Shown one piece after another: positions 53,398 to 63,147 of a stretch of DNA of 64,000 nt. Both the position numbers and the translations under genes were made by a program. The stretch lies in contig RFFX01000005.1 of the NCBI GenBank assembly GCA_003696765.1, positions 24,169 to 88,168 on the forward strand. The letters run 5' to 3'. A model generated the notes under the pieces. It searched no databases and was not told the origin of the DNA. It saw nothing but the letters and a program-made list of their open reading frames with translations. Source of the DNA: Zetaproteobacteria bacterium. GTDB lineage: Bacteria > Pseudomonadota > Zetaproteobacteria > Mariprofundales > J009. The first letter of the stretch is position 1, and every line of letters starts with the position of its first letter.

Positions 53398-54291
53398 CTA
53401 GCCCGCCGCCTGCAGCGTGCGTTGCCGCCCCAGCTCACGGTGGCGCACCACACAGGGGAGCCACGCATCGGGACGCTCCGCCATCCAGCCGGCGAGCTCC
53501 TCGACGACGAAGACCGAGCGGTGGCGCCCGCCGCTGCAGCCGACCGCCAGCGTGAAGTGGCGCTTGCGCTCGCGCTCCATCTGCGGCCGGATCATGGTCA
53601 GCCACCCCATCATCCGGTCGAGCAGCGCCGCCGTCTGGGGCTGGCCGCGCAGGAAGGCGGCCACCTCCCGATCGGCACCGGTCAGCCGGGCCATCCCCTC
53701 CTCGTAATGGGGGTTGGGCAGGAAGCGGACGTCGACCACCATGTCCGCCTCCTGCGGCAGGCCGCGTTGATAGCTGAAGGAGACCAGCGTGGTGAGCAGC
53801 TGCGGCGTCGCCGAGCCGCCGTCGTGGTTGCGCTGCCAGAACTGCTGCACCAGATCGGCCAGCTCGTAGGGGTTGAGGCCGCTGCTGTCGAGTAGCTGCG
53901 TCGCGCGCCGGCGCAACGGCTCCAGCGCATCCCGCTCCCGGGCGATCGCCTCGTCCACCGGGACGGCGGGGGCGAAGGGGTGGGTGCGGCGCACGGTGGA
54001 GAAGCGGCGCAGCAGCGACTGGGCATCCGCCTCGATGAAGAGCAGCAGCCAGTCGGGGTGGGCATCCATCTGGCGGCCGAGGTCGTCCAGCAGCAGCCGG
54101 GTCGACTCGGCGCTGCGCACATCGACGCAGACGGCGGCGTGCTCGTGGTTGCGCAGCGCGACGCGCGCCCACTCCTCGAGCAGCTCCGGCGGCAGGTTGT
54201 CGGTGCAGAAGAGCCCCTCATCCTCCAGCGTGTGCAGCGCCGTGCTCTTGCCGGCGCCGGAGAGGCCGGAGACGATGATCAGCATGGGCAA
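53398..54291 (-). CDS. rapZ: RNase adapter protein RapZ (YhbJ)
   Basis: It has Walker A SGLSGAGKSTAL, FCTDNLP and a C-terminal CSGGRHRSV motif. The start is TTG 54291 or ATG 54285. Confidence 0.9.
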   Translation of the reverse strand: MPMLIIVSGLSGAGKSTALHTLEDEGLFCTDNLPPELLEEWARVALRNHEHAAVCVDVRSAESTRLLLDDLGRQMDAHPDWLLLFIEADAQSLLRRFSTVRRTHPFAPAVPVDEAIARERDALEPLRRRATQLLDSSGLNPYELADLVQQFWQRNHDGGSATPQLLTTLVSFSYQRGLPQEADMVVDVRFLPNPHYEEGMARLTGADREVAAFLRGQPQTAALLDRMMGWLTMIRPQMERERKRHFTLAVGCSGGRHRSVFVVEELAGWMAERPDAWLPCVVRHRELGRQRTLQAAG

Positions 54292-54452
54292 CGATGGGTG
54301 CGCAAGAATCCGTCATCCGCGACCGGGACGATCACGCAACACGGAAGCCTGCGCATGCATCCTACTGTTTTGTAAGGAGATCGAAAGGCGCGAACCTCGA
54401 TCGCCGCCGAGCCAACCCACCATGGACGAACGTTTTGCGATTCCATCGACGA
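54292..54452 (-). repeat. Decayed full-length copy of the repeat between hprK and rapZ
   Basis: cgatgggtgcgcaagaatccgtcatc, cgcgaccgggacgatcacg, caacacgg..ctgttttg, aggagatcgaaagg..cctcgatcgcc and ccaccatggacgaacgttttgcgattccatcga appear in the order E-D-C-B-A. The stems are partly broken. Confidence 0.6.
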
Positions 54453-55442
54453 TCACCCCGCCGGAGCATCCGACGGCTGCGCTGTGCCCGCTCCGATGCG
54501 CCGCCGAAGCGCCTCGTTGAAGGCGCGGTTGCTGTCCACCCCGCTCAGCTTGAGCAGCCGGTTGCGCGCCGCCACCTCCACCAGGATGGCCATCGACCGG
54601 CCGGGGCGGATCGGCAACCGCGTCCGCGCCACCTCCACGCCGTGCAGCTCGATGGTGTCGTCGGCCGGCGCCAGCCGCTCCTCTTCGGAGAAGTCGTCCC
54701 AGTGGACCAGCTCCACCACCAGCTGCAGCCGCTTGGTCGGCGTCACCGAGCCGGCGCCGAAGAGGCTGCGGATGTCGATCACCCCCATCCCGCGGATCTC
54801 CATGAACCCGCGCAGCGCCTCCGGGCTGCGCCCGACCAGCACGTCGGCCCCCTCGCGCGCCAGTTGCACCACATCGTCGGCGATGAGGCGGTGGCCGCGC
54901 GCCACCAGCTCGAGGCCGATCTCGCTCTTGCCGATGCCGCTCGCACCGATCAGCAGCACGCCGAGGCCGAAGATGTCGAGGTAGACGCCGTGCTGGTGGA
55001 TCACCGGCGCCAGCCGGTGGGAGAGGAGCAGCGTCATGTCGGTCATGAACCGACCGGAGCTCATCGGGGTGACCAGCAGCGGGGTGTCGGTCGCCTCGGC
55101 GGCGCGCCGGATCACCTCGGGCGGCTCCACACCGCGGGTGATCACCACCCCGGCGAGCCGCAGCGCGAAGGTGGCCTCCACCACCTCGCGCCGCCGCTCT
55201 GGGCTCAGCGTCTGGAGGAAGGCGAGCTCGGTGTTGCCGATCACCTGCAACCGGTAATCGTGCAGGTTGCAGAGAAAACCGGCGAAGGCGAGCGACGGCT
55301 TCTGGATGCGTGGATGATCGATGTAGCGCCCCAACCCCTGTGCACCGGCGATGAGGCGCAGCTGCATCGTCCCGCCCCAGCGCTCCAGCAGCTCGCGCAT
55401 GGTGATGCGCTGCGGCGTGGGGGTGGGCGGCGGCGCCTCCAT
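54453..55442 (-). CDS. hprK: HPr kinase/phosphorylase (full length)
   Basis: 329 aa. It has the P-loop GASGIGKSEIGLELV, the signature ADDVV and EIRGMGVIDIRSLFG. Confidence 0.93.
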   Translation of the reverse strand: MEAPPPTPTPQRITMRELLERWGGTMQLRLIAGAQGLGRYIDHPRIQKPSLAFAGFLCNLHDYRLQVIGNTELAFLQTLSPERRREVVEATFALRLAGVVITRGVEPPEVIRRAAEATDTPLLVTPMSSGRFMTDMTLLLSHRLAPVIHQHGVYLDIFGLGVLLIGASGIGKSEIGLELVARGHRLIADDVVQLAREGADVLVGRSPEALRGFMEIRGMGVIDIRSLFGAGSVTPTKRLQLVVELVHWDDFSEEERLAPADDTIELHGVEVARTRLPIRPGRSMAILVEVAARNRLLKLSGVDSNRAFNEALRRRIGAGTAQPSDAPAG

Positions 55443-55443
55443 C

Positions 55444-55875
55444 TCACTCCTCCCGGAAGAGGGCGCTCACCTCCTCCGGATCCTCCAGCTCCATCAGCCG
55501 CCGGCGCAGATCGGCGCTCTGCAGCCGGCGCGCCAGCCGGGCCAGCAGATCGAGGTGGCCGCGGTCGTCGTCGTCGGGGACCAGCAGCAGCACCACCAGG
55601 TGGACCGGCCGACCGTCGATGGCGTCGAAATCGATCCCGCGGCGGTGGCGCAACAGCACCACCACCGGCCGGGTCAACCCCGGCATCCGGCAGTGGGGCA
55701 GCGCCACCCCGTGGCCGATGCCGGTACTGCCGAGCCGCTCCCGCGCCATGACCAGCTCCATCACCTGATCGGGATCCATTGACTTCAGCCGCCCGATCAT
55801 CTCGGAGAGCGCCGCCCGCTTGCTGCCTGCGCGGGAGTCGAGGATCACGTTCTCCGGTGCGATCACCGGCCGCAT
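55444..55875 (-). CDS. ptsN: Nitrogen-regulatory PTS EIIA (EIIA-Ntr)
   Basis: 143 aa. It contains RERLGSTGIGHGVALPHCR with the phosphorylatable His. Its position between hpf and hprK fits ptsN. Confidence 0.88.
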   Translation of the reverse strand: MRPVIAPENVILDSRAGSKRAALSEMIGRLKSMDPDQVMELVMARERLGSTGIGHGVALPHCRMPGLTRPVVVLLRHRRGIDFDAIDGRPVHLVVLLLVPDDDDRGHLDLLARLARRLQSADLRRRLMELEDPEEVSALFREE

Positions 55876-55923
55876 CTCCCCCTGTCGACGCGGAGGCGGT
55901 GCGGCTGGAGCGGGACCATCCCC

Positions 55924-56493
55924 CTACTCCAGCTCCGGCTCCAGACAGCTGATCGTGCCGTCGCCATGGCGGTAGAGGATGTTGAGCTTGTTGGTGGTGA
56001 TGTTGTTGAAGACCAGCAGATGGTTGTGTTCGCCCAGCTCGAGCCGCATCACCGCCTCGTCCACGTCCATCGGCTCGGCATGGATCACCTCGTGCTGCAC
56101 CGTCTCCGGCAGATGATCCTCGGCCAGCTCCTCGTCGGCGGGGGGGCGCAGCACCTTGCGCGACACCGCCACCCGCCGTCCGGCGCGGCGCCCCTCCCCC
56201 CGCTTCTGATGCTTGCGCAGCTTGGCGCGGTAGCGCTTGAGCTGGCGGTTGATCTTGTCGATGGCGCCGTCGATCGAGGCGTACATGTCCTCGGTCTCCT
56301 TGCTGGCGTTGATCACGATGTTGTTGGCCTGGATGGTCACCTCGCAGTAGTGGCGGAAGCGGTCGACCCGCAGCACCACCCGGACATCGACGACGTAGTC
56401 GAAGGAGTGCTTCAGATGGCCCAGCTTCTCATGGACATAGGCCTTGAGCGGCTCGGTCAGCTCCACGTTGCGTCCGGTGATCGATATGTTCAT
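55924..56493 (-). CDS. hpf: Ribosome hibernation-promoting factor, long form
   Basis: 189 aa. It begins MNISITGRNVELTEPLKAYV and has a C-terminal dimerisation domain. AAGGAG lies 7 nt upstream of the ATG. Confidence 0.9.
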   Translation of the reverse strand: MNISITGRNVELTEPLKAYVHEKLGHLKHSFDYVVDVRVVLRVDRFRHYCEVTIQANNIVINASKETEDMYASIDGAIDKINRQLKRYRAKLRKHQKRGEGRRAGRRVAVSRKVLRPPADEELAEDHLPETVQHEVIHAEPMDVDEAVMRLELGEHNHLLVFNNITTNKLNILYRHGDGTISCLEPELE

Positions 56494-56601
56494 TCGGTTC
56501 TCCTTGGTTCTGGTTCGTCGGTCCCAATCCGATCGCGAAAGGCCCCTCCGTGGGCCGGGTCTCCCTGCCCGCCGGACTCGCGGGAAGCCGGCGGACGACG
56601 G

Positions 56602-57987
56602 TTACGCCGGCGAACGCGCCCGCGCCCGCTTGCGCTGGCTGCTGGTCGGCAGCCCCATCTGTTCACGATACTTGGCCACCGTCCGACGGGCGATCTCGAT
56701 CCCCTCGGCCTGCAACCGCTCGGCCATCGCCTGATCGGAGATGGGGCGGTCCGGCGGCTCGGAGGCGATCAACGCCCGGATGCGCTGCATCACCCGATAA
56801 ACCGAGATCGACCCGCCGCCGCGGGTGGGCAGCCCGGGCGAGAAGAAGCGGCGCATGTCGATCAATCCGATCGGGGTCTGGGCGTACTTACCGTTGGTCA
56901 CCCGGGAGACGGTCGATTCGTGCAGCCCCACCTCCTCGGCCACGTCCTGCAGGGTGAGCGGCTTGATCCCGATCATCCCGTACTCGAGGAATGCGCGTTG
57001 ACGGCGCGCCAGGACCAGCCCGACCTTCAACAGGCTCTCCTTGCGCTGCTCGAGCGCGTAGAGAAGCCACTTGGCCTCGTTTCTGGCGGCATCCATGAAG
57101 GCGCGGTCGGCCCCCTGCCACTTCCGCCCCTGCCACCGATCGTTGATGGTGATGCCGCGCCAACCGCTGTCGGGCACCTCCACCTCGATCTCGCGCTGGG
57201 CGTTGATCCGGAAGATCAGCTCCGGCTTGATATAGACCGGAGCATGGCCGCGCATGCCGTGACCGGGGAAGGGGTCGAGCCGCTTGAGCCGGGCGCGGGC
57301 GGCGGCGACCTGCTGCGGCGTCAGCCCGACGCGCCCGGCCAGCGTCTCGTCCGGATCCATCAGGTGGTCGGCGGCGTCGAGCAGCAACCGGCGCGCCCAG
57401 CCGTCGACCGCACGCTCCCCCAACTGCAGCAACAGGCACTCCAGCGGATCGCGGGCGCCGATCCCCGCCGGCTCCAGCTGATGGACCACCTCCTCGAGCA
57501 CCGCATGGACCCGCTCCGGGGTGGTGCCGGCCGCCTCGGCCAACGCGGCGCCGTCGTCACGGTAGTAGCCATCCTCGTCGAGGGAGTCGATCAGCATGTG
57601 GGCGATGGCGCGCGCATCTTCCTGCATCGGCTCGCGGTCGATCTGCTCGTGCAGAGATTCGCTCAACGACTGCTCACGCCGGATCTGCGCCTCGCGCTCC
57701 TCGTCGAATCCGCCGCCGCCATAGCGGTAGAGCGTCTCCCAGCGATCATCGCCCGACCCGCCCACCGGCAGAGGCTCGTCGGCCGCCTCCTCCAGGGAGA
57801 GGAGCTCCTCCCCGCCCCCCCGCTCCTCAGCCTCCAAGAGCGGATTGGTCTCCAGAAGCTGCTCGATGTAGTGGTCGAGCTCGACCGCATTCATGGCCAG
57901 CAGCTTGAGGCTCTGGGTGAGCTGCGGCGTCAGGGCCAGATGCTGGCCCAGCTTCTGGTGGACCGAGGTCCGCACCGCCGCCATCAA
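56602..57987 (-). CDS. rpoN: RNA polymerase sigma-54 factor
   Basis: 461 aa. It has a Gln/Leu-rich region I, a core-binding region, an HTH, and the RpoN box ARRTVAKYR near the C-terminus. Confidence 0.95.
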   Translation of the reverse strand: MMAAVRTSVHQKLGQHLALTPQLTQSLKLLAMNAVELDHYIEQLLETNPLLEAEERGGGEELLSLEEAADEPLPVGGSGDDRWETLYRYGGGGFDEEREAQIRREQSLSESLHEQIDREPMQEDARAIAHMLIDSLDEDGYYRDDGAALAEAAGTTPERVHAVLEEVVHQLEPAGIGARDPLECLLLQLGERAVDGWARRLLLDAADHLMDPDETLAGRVGLTPQQVAAARARLKRLDPFPGHGMRGHAPVYIKPELIFRINAQREIEVEVPDSGWRGITINDRWQGRKWQGADRAFMDAARNEAKWLLYALEQRKESLLKVGLVLARRQRAFLEYGMIGIKPLTLQDVAEEVGLHESTVSRVTNGKYAQTPIGLIDMRRFFSPGLPTRGGGSISVYRVMQRIRALIASEPPDRPISDQAMAERLQAEGIEIARRTVAKYREQMGLPTSSQRKRARARSPA

Positions 57988-58047
57988 CGGCGCTCCACCG
58001 GGGGGAGGGGGGTCACGACGGCCGAACCGGCGGCGCCGCGCGGGCGA

Positions 58048-58377
58048 TCACTCCGAGGCGTCGCCGGAGCCCCGGCCGGCGAGCAGCCGCTGCAGCGCAC
58101 CGCTGTCGAACATCTCGCGCACGATGTCACACCCGCCGATGAAGTTGCCGTCGACATAGAGCTGGGGGATGGTCGGCCAGTCGGCATACTCCTTGACCCC
58201 CTGCCGCACGGCGTCGTCGAGCAGCACGTTGACCGCGACGTAGTCACACCCCAGATGGTCGAGGATCGCCGCCACCTGCTGCGAATAGCCGCACTGGGGG
58301 AACTCCGGTGTCCCCTTCATGAACAGCACGATGCGGTTCTCCTTGACCAGACGGTCGATCTTCTCCTGAATCCCCAT
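58048..58377 (-). CDS. grxD: Monothiol glutaredoxin (Grx4 family)
   Basis: The internal ATG 58377 gives a 109-aa product. It contains VLFMKGTPEFPQCGYS (a CGYS variant of the CGFS site), WPTIPQLYV and GGCDI. Confidence 0.88.
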   Translation of the reverse strand: MGIQEKIDRLVKENRIVLFMKGTPEFPQCGYSQQVAAILDHLGCDYVAVNVLLDDAVRQGVKEYADWPTIPQLYVDGNFIGGCDIVREMFDSGALQRLLAGRGSGDASE

Positions 58378-58535
58378 CGCGAATCCCGTCACAACAAGCC
58401 CGTCCGTGGCCCCATCTCCCGGGCGGGTCCGCTGCGCGCATCCTGCCGGCGCCGGATCTGTACCACCCCCGCCCAAGTCCTACGGCCGAATCATACCATC
58501 GCACGGCCGCAAACGCGACGGCCGAACGCGCCCAC

Positions 58536-61500
58536 TCAACGGCGGCGCAGCTTCGCGCCGAGCACCGCCAGCACCGCCGCGCCGTCCCGGGCGATGCCGA
58601 AGGCGGCCGGAATCGACACCAGCGTGATCACCGTCGAGAAGAGCAACCCCCAGGAGAGGGCCAGCGCCATCGGCGCCACGAAGGGATCGAAGCCCCCCCA
58701 GCCGTAGGCGGTGGGCAGCAGCCCGACGACGGTGGTGATCGCGGTAAGCAGCACCGCCCGCAGTCGCCGCTTGCCCGCCTCCACCACCGCCTCGCGCCAG
58801 GGAACCCCCTGGGCGAGCAGCCGCTGGAAGAAGACCGCCATCACCAGCGAGTTGTTGACCACCACCCCGGTCAGGGCGACGAACCCCATCATGGCCATGA
58901 AGGAGAGCGGCTCGCCGTGGAGGAAGAAGCCGACGACGATGCCGATCAGGCCAAAGGGGATGGCCAGCATGACCAGAATCGGATACCCCAGGCTGTCAAA
59001 CTGCACCGCCAGGATGACGAAGATGCCGAACAGCGCGAAGAAGAAGCTGAAGACCAGCCCGCGCACACTCTCCTCGCTGCGCTCCTGCTCGCCGCCGAAA
59101 TGGGCGTGCACCGCCCGGTCCGCCCCGATCCACGCCGCCTGCTCCGCCCTGATGCGCGCGTTGAGCGCCTTGGAGGTGAGCACCTTGGGATCGACTTCGG
59201 CCGAGACATCGACGATGCGCCGCCCGTCCTTGTGGCGGATGGTGGTCGCCCCCCGCGCCTGCTCCAGCCGCGCGATGCGGGAGAGCGGCACCAGCCCGCC
59301 GCGCCGGTTGGGAATCTCCAGCTCCATCAGCGTCTTCATGTCGTGCTGCAACGCGTCGGGGTAGCGGATGGTGACATCGCGCTCCTCGCGTGTATTGCGG
59401 ATGGTGGAGACGCGCAGGCCGTCGAAGGCGGCCTTGATGTGCAGCGCCACCGTGGCCAGATCGACGCCGGCGTAGGCCGCCTTCGCCCGATCGAGCACCA
59501 CGTGGTACTCGGGATCGCCCCCCTCCAGATCGCTCTCGACGGCCAGCGTGCCGGGGATGGCGCGCAGCCGCGCCATCAGCCGCCGCGCCACCCGCGCCCG
59601 GGCGGCCTCGTCGCCGCCGGAGAGCTCCACCTGCAGCGCCCGCCCCACCGGCGGCCCCGGCTTCATCATGGCGAAGCTGATCCGCGCCTCGGGGAAGAGG
59701 GGCGGCACCTCGCGCTGGATGCGGTCCATCACACTGTAGGCGGAGACGGTACGCTCGGTGAACGGCGTCAGGATCACCCGCACGAAGCCGAAACGGTCGC
59801 CCACCTGCTTCATCGTCTCGCGCTGATCCGCGCTGTTCTCGCCGGCGATCAGGGTGGTGGTCTCCAGGATCTTCGGATCGACCCTCTTGCGCACCTCGGT
59901 CTCGATGCGGGAGAGCAGCCGGTAGTTCTCCTCCAGCGTGGTGCCGACCGGTGCATCGACCCGCAGATAGAACTGGCTCTCCGCCCCCGAGGGGAAGAGC
60001 TGGAACTTCATGTGGGCGGCAAGCGCCAGCGCGGCGGCCAGACCGGCGAACGAGAGCAGGATGGTCAGGTAGCGCCAACGTACGGCCAGCTCCAGCAGAC
60101 GGCCGTAACGCTCCACCAGCCAGAGGAAGAGCGCCCGCTCCTTCGGGTGGCGGTCGGGATTGACCACGTCACGGATGTGGTTGGGCAGGATGAGGATCGC
60201 CTCCAACCAGGAGAAGAGGAGCAACACCACCACCACTACCGGAATCGAGTAGATGAACTTGCCGATGATGCCGTCCATGTGCATCAGCGGCAGAAAGGCG
60301 ACGATGGTGGTCAGGACGGTGGAACTCACCGGGCCGAGCAGCTCGCAGGTTCCGTGCACCGCCGCCCGTTCCGGCTTCACCCCCTGCTCCATGTGCCAGG
60401 TGACATTCTCACCGATGATGATCGCGTCATCGACCATCAGGCCGAGCACCATGATGAAGCCGAACATGGTCAGGAGGTTGAGCGTCACCCCGTGCAGGTA
60501 GAGCGCCAGCAGGCCGGAGAAGAAGATGATCGGCAGCCCCCAGGCGGTGGTCAGCGCCACACCGGGGCGGAGGAAAAGCATCAGCACCAGCAGCACCAGC
60601 ACCAAACCGATGGCGCCGTTGCTGGTCAGCACCCCGAGCCTGAGCCGGGTGATGAGCGAGAAGTCATTATAGGTGCGCACCTGCACGCCGTAGCGCGCCG
60701 GCACCCTCTTCAGATAGGCCTTGACCCGGTCGACCAGGTTGATGATGTCGGCATCCCCCTTCTTGAGGACGATCATGTTGATCGCCGGCCGCCCCATCGC
60801 CGCGATCATCCGCTGCGGCCGCACCAGCGCGGTGGTGACGGCGGCCACATCGCCCAGGCGCAGCACGTCGCCGCGGTCGTTGGCACGCAACACCAGCCCC
60901 GCGGCGTCGGCGGCGTCCTTCAGCTCCCCGGTGATGCGCAGCACCCGCTGCCCCGCATCCAGCTTGATCCGGCCGCCGGGGGCGTTGACGTTCCATCCTT
61001 GGATCAGCCGCTGCACATCGGCGATCGAGACCCGGTTGGCCGCCATCTTCTCCGGGTCGAGCACGATGCGGATCTCCTCCTTGCGCCCCCCCTGTACCAG
61101 CACCTTCGATACCCCGGGGATGTCGCGCAGATCGTCCTCCACCGCATCGGCCACCCGCTTGAGCGCCAGCTCATCCATGTCGGCGAAGAGGGTGAGCGAC
61201 AACACCGGCGCCTGCTCCGACTTGACCTCGGTGATCGTCGGGTCGGCGGGAAGATCGGCCGGCAACTGGGCGCGGTTGATCGCCTGCTGGATGTCGGAGA
61301 CCAGCCGCGAACGGTCTTGATAGTCGGGATCGACCTGGATGGTGATCACCATCGAACCGGGATAGGCGGAGGAGTGGATCTCGTCGATGCCGTCGATCCC
61401 CTTGAGTTCCTGCTCGATCGGATCGACCAGTTGCAACTCGACCTCGCCGGGCGCGGCCCCCGGCCAGGCGGCGCTGATGACGATCACATCGAAGTTGACG

Positions 61501-61622
61501 CTGGGGAAGGCCTCGCGCTGGATGGAGCGTGCTGCGTAGATGCCGCCGGAGAGCAACAGCAGCGAGACCAGGTTGACCAGCAGCCCACGCCGGACGAAGA
61601 AGGCGATGATCGGTTGCATCAT
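58536..61622 (-). CDS. RND-superfamily efflux transporter, inner-membrane permease (AcrB/CzcA-like)
   Basis: 1028 aa with 12-TM / two-large-loop RND architecture. The N-terminus is FFVRRGLLVNLVSLLLLSGGIYA. ATGA overlap with the upstream OMP gene. Confidence 0.88.
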   Translation of the reverse strand: MMQPIIAFFVRRGLLVNLVSLLLLSGGIYAARSIQREAFPSVNFDVIVISAAWPGAAPGEVELQLVDPIEQELKGIDGIDEIHSSAYPGSMVITIQVDPDYQDRSRLVSDIQQAINRAQLPADLPADPTITEVKSEQAPVLSLTLFADMDELALKRVADAVEDDLRDIPGVSKVLVQGGRKEEIRIVLDPEKMAANRVSIADVQRLIQGWNVNAPGGRIKLDAGQRVLRITGELKDAADAAGLVLRANDRGDVLRLGDVAAVTTALVRPQRMIAAMGRPAINMIVLKKGDADIINLVDRVKAYLKRVPARYGVQVRTYNDFSLITRLRLGVLTSNGAIGLVLVLLVLMLFLRPGVALTTAWGLPIIFFSGLLALYLHGVTLNLLTMFGFIMVLGLMVDDAIIIGENVTWHMEQGVKPERAAVHGTCELLGPVSSTVLTTIVAFLPLMHMDGIIGKFIYSIPVVVVVLLLFSWLEAILILPNHIRDVVNPDRHPKERALFLWLVERYGRLLELAVRWRYLTILLSFAGLAAALALAAHMKFQLFPSGAESQFYLRVDAPVGTTLEENYRLLSRIETEVRKRVDPKILETTTLIAGENSADQRETMKQVGDRFGFVRVILTPFTERTVSAYSVMDRIQREVPPLFPEARISFAMMKPGPPVGRALQVELSGGDEAARARVARRLMARLRAIPGTLAVESDLEGGDPEYHVVLDRAKAAYAGVDLATVALHIKAAFDGLRVSTIRNTREERDVTIRYPDALQHDMKTLMELEIPNRRGGLVPLSRIARLEQARGATTIRHKDGRRIVDVSAEVDPKVLTSKALNARIRAEQAAWIGADRAVHAHFGGEQERSEESVRGLVFSFFFALFGIFVILAVQFDSLGYPILVMLAIPFGLIGIVVGFFLHGEPLSFMAMMGFVALTGVVVNNSLVMAVFFQRLLAQGVPWREAVVEAGKRRLRAVLLTAITTVVGLLPTAYGWGGFDPFVAPMALALSWGLLFSTVITLVSIPAAFGIARDGAAVLAVLGAKLRRR

Positions 61623-63091
61623 TCCGCGGCGGCGCGCCCCCCGCTCCGATCCTCGTCGAACCGGGCCACCACCGGCCAGTCGCCGCGGGCCAGCTTGAGC
61701 TGGTATTCGGCCAGCCGCAGCGCCTCGCGCTGCAGCGCCTGCTGCAGTTCGGCGCGGCGTAGATCCCCCTCGAACTGGATGACGGTGGCGGTGTCGCTGC
61801 GGCCGGCGCGGTAGCGCGCCATCTCGGCGGCGAACTTGCGCCGCTCGGCGGCCACCTGCATCGCATGGCCGTGCAGCAGCTTGCGCCCACTGGCGATGCG
61901 CGTGCGGATGGCAGCCAGATCGTCCCCCACCTTGCGCGCGGCCTGGGCGATCTGCGCCTCGACCTGCTCCCGCTGCAGCTCCGCCCGGCGCACCGCCCCC
62001 TCCGCCGCATGGCCGCCGATCTCGTCGGAGAACTCGATCGAGAGCTGTGCGAAGCGGTGGCTGAGCGACAGGCCGGAGCGGAAGGCCCGCTCGAAGCGAC
62101 CCTCCTGCGCCCGTGTCCCCACCTGGGCGACCAGATCGAGCTGCGGCCGATCCTCGGCCCGGGCGAGGGCCAGCGCGGCGTCGGCGGCGGCCAGTTGCGC
62201 CTGCAGCATGCGGAACTCCGGCCGATGGCGGCGGGCGATCCGCTCGAGCTCGGCCAGCGGCGGCGGGGAGGAGGGAGCCCCCCCATCGACCAGGACGAGC
62301 CGCGTCGGCGGCCGATCGCTCCCCAGCAGCCGCTGCAACACCACCCGGCTGGCCGCCAGCGCCGCCTCCGCCTGAGCAAGCTCGGTGGTACGGGTCGCCA
62401 GCAACGCCTCGCTCTGCAACCGGTCGGCCGGCTCGATCAGGCCGAACGCCTCACGATGGCGTTGGTAGCGCAACAGCTTGCGGGCGCGGTCGCGGGCGTC
62501 GCGGGCCAGCCGTACCTGGATGCGGTCGATCCGCTGCTGGAAGAAGGCGGCCACCACCTGACCGGCAAGCTGATGGCGCACCACCGAAATCCGCCAGCGG
62601 TCGGCCTCCTCGGAGGCGCGGTTGCGCGCCAGCTGTTCGTGGTAGTCGGGGTTGCCCCGCCCTTTGAGCAACCGCTTGCGCCAGGAGAAGTCGACCTGGC
62701 TCTGGTAGAGCGGATTGAGCGACGGCTGGAAGGCCTGCGGCAGCGAGGCGGGAAACTTCTGCCGGTCGCGCACCATCGCAAAGCCGACGCCGACCCTATC
62801 GCCGTTCTCCAGCGGCTGGTCGTAGCGGTAGCCGAACTGAATGTCGGTGATCTGCCGGGCGGCGAAGGGGCTGACGGTGCGGATGCGGCTGTCCGATGCG
62901 GCGGCGGTCAGCCCCAGACGACCGTCCAGCATACCCTCCAGCTGCAGCCGCACCGCCTGATCGAGCAGCGGCGCCAATCGGGCCAGGGTGATGTCGGGGT
63001 GGCGGCGCAACGCCTGCTCCACCGCCTCTTCCAGCGACAGCGCGTGCGCGCTGAGGGGAAGCAACACCATGACCAGCAGTCGGAATAACAC
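61619..63091 (-). CDS. TolC-family outer-membrane efflux protein
   Basis: 490 aa. The signal peptide is MLFRLLVMVLLPLSAHA. It has LSLEEAVEQALRRHPD and two repeats of long coiled-coil-rich OEP domains. Confidence 0.8.
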   Translation of the reverse strand: MLFRLLVMVLLPLSAHALSLEEAVEQALRRHPDITLARLAPLLDQAVRLQLEGMLDGRLGLTAAASDSRIRTVSPFAARQITDIQFGYRYDQPLENGDRVGVGFAMVRDRQKFPASLPQAFQPSLNPLYQSQVDFSWRKRLLKGRGNPDYHEQLARNRASEEADRWRISVVRHQLAGQVVAAFFQQRIDRIQVRLARDARDRARKLLRYQRHREAFGLIEPADRLQSEALLATRTTELAQAEAALAASRVVLQRLLGSDRPPTRLVLVDGGAPSSPPPLAELERIARRHRPEFRMLQAQLAAADAALALARAEDRPQLDLVAQVGTRAQEGRFERAFRSGLSLSHRFAQLSIEFSDEIGGHAAEGAVRRAELQREQVEAQIAQAARKVGDDLAAIRTRIASGRKLLHGHAMQVAAERRKFAAEMARYRAGRSDTATVIQFEGDLRRAELQQALQREALRLAEYQLKLARGDWPVVARFDEDRSGGRAAAE

Positions 63092-63147
63092 GCGGCGATG
63101 CTAGTGGCCCCGCACCACCGCCGCCAATGCCGCCCGCTAGGATCACA

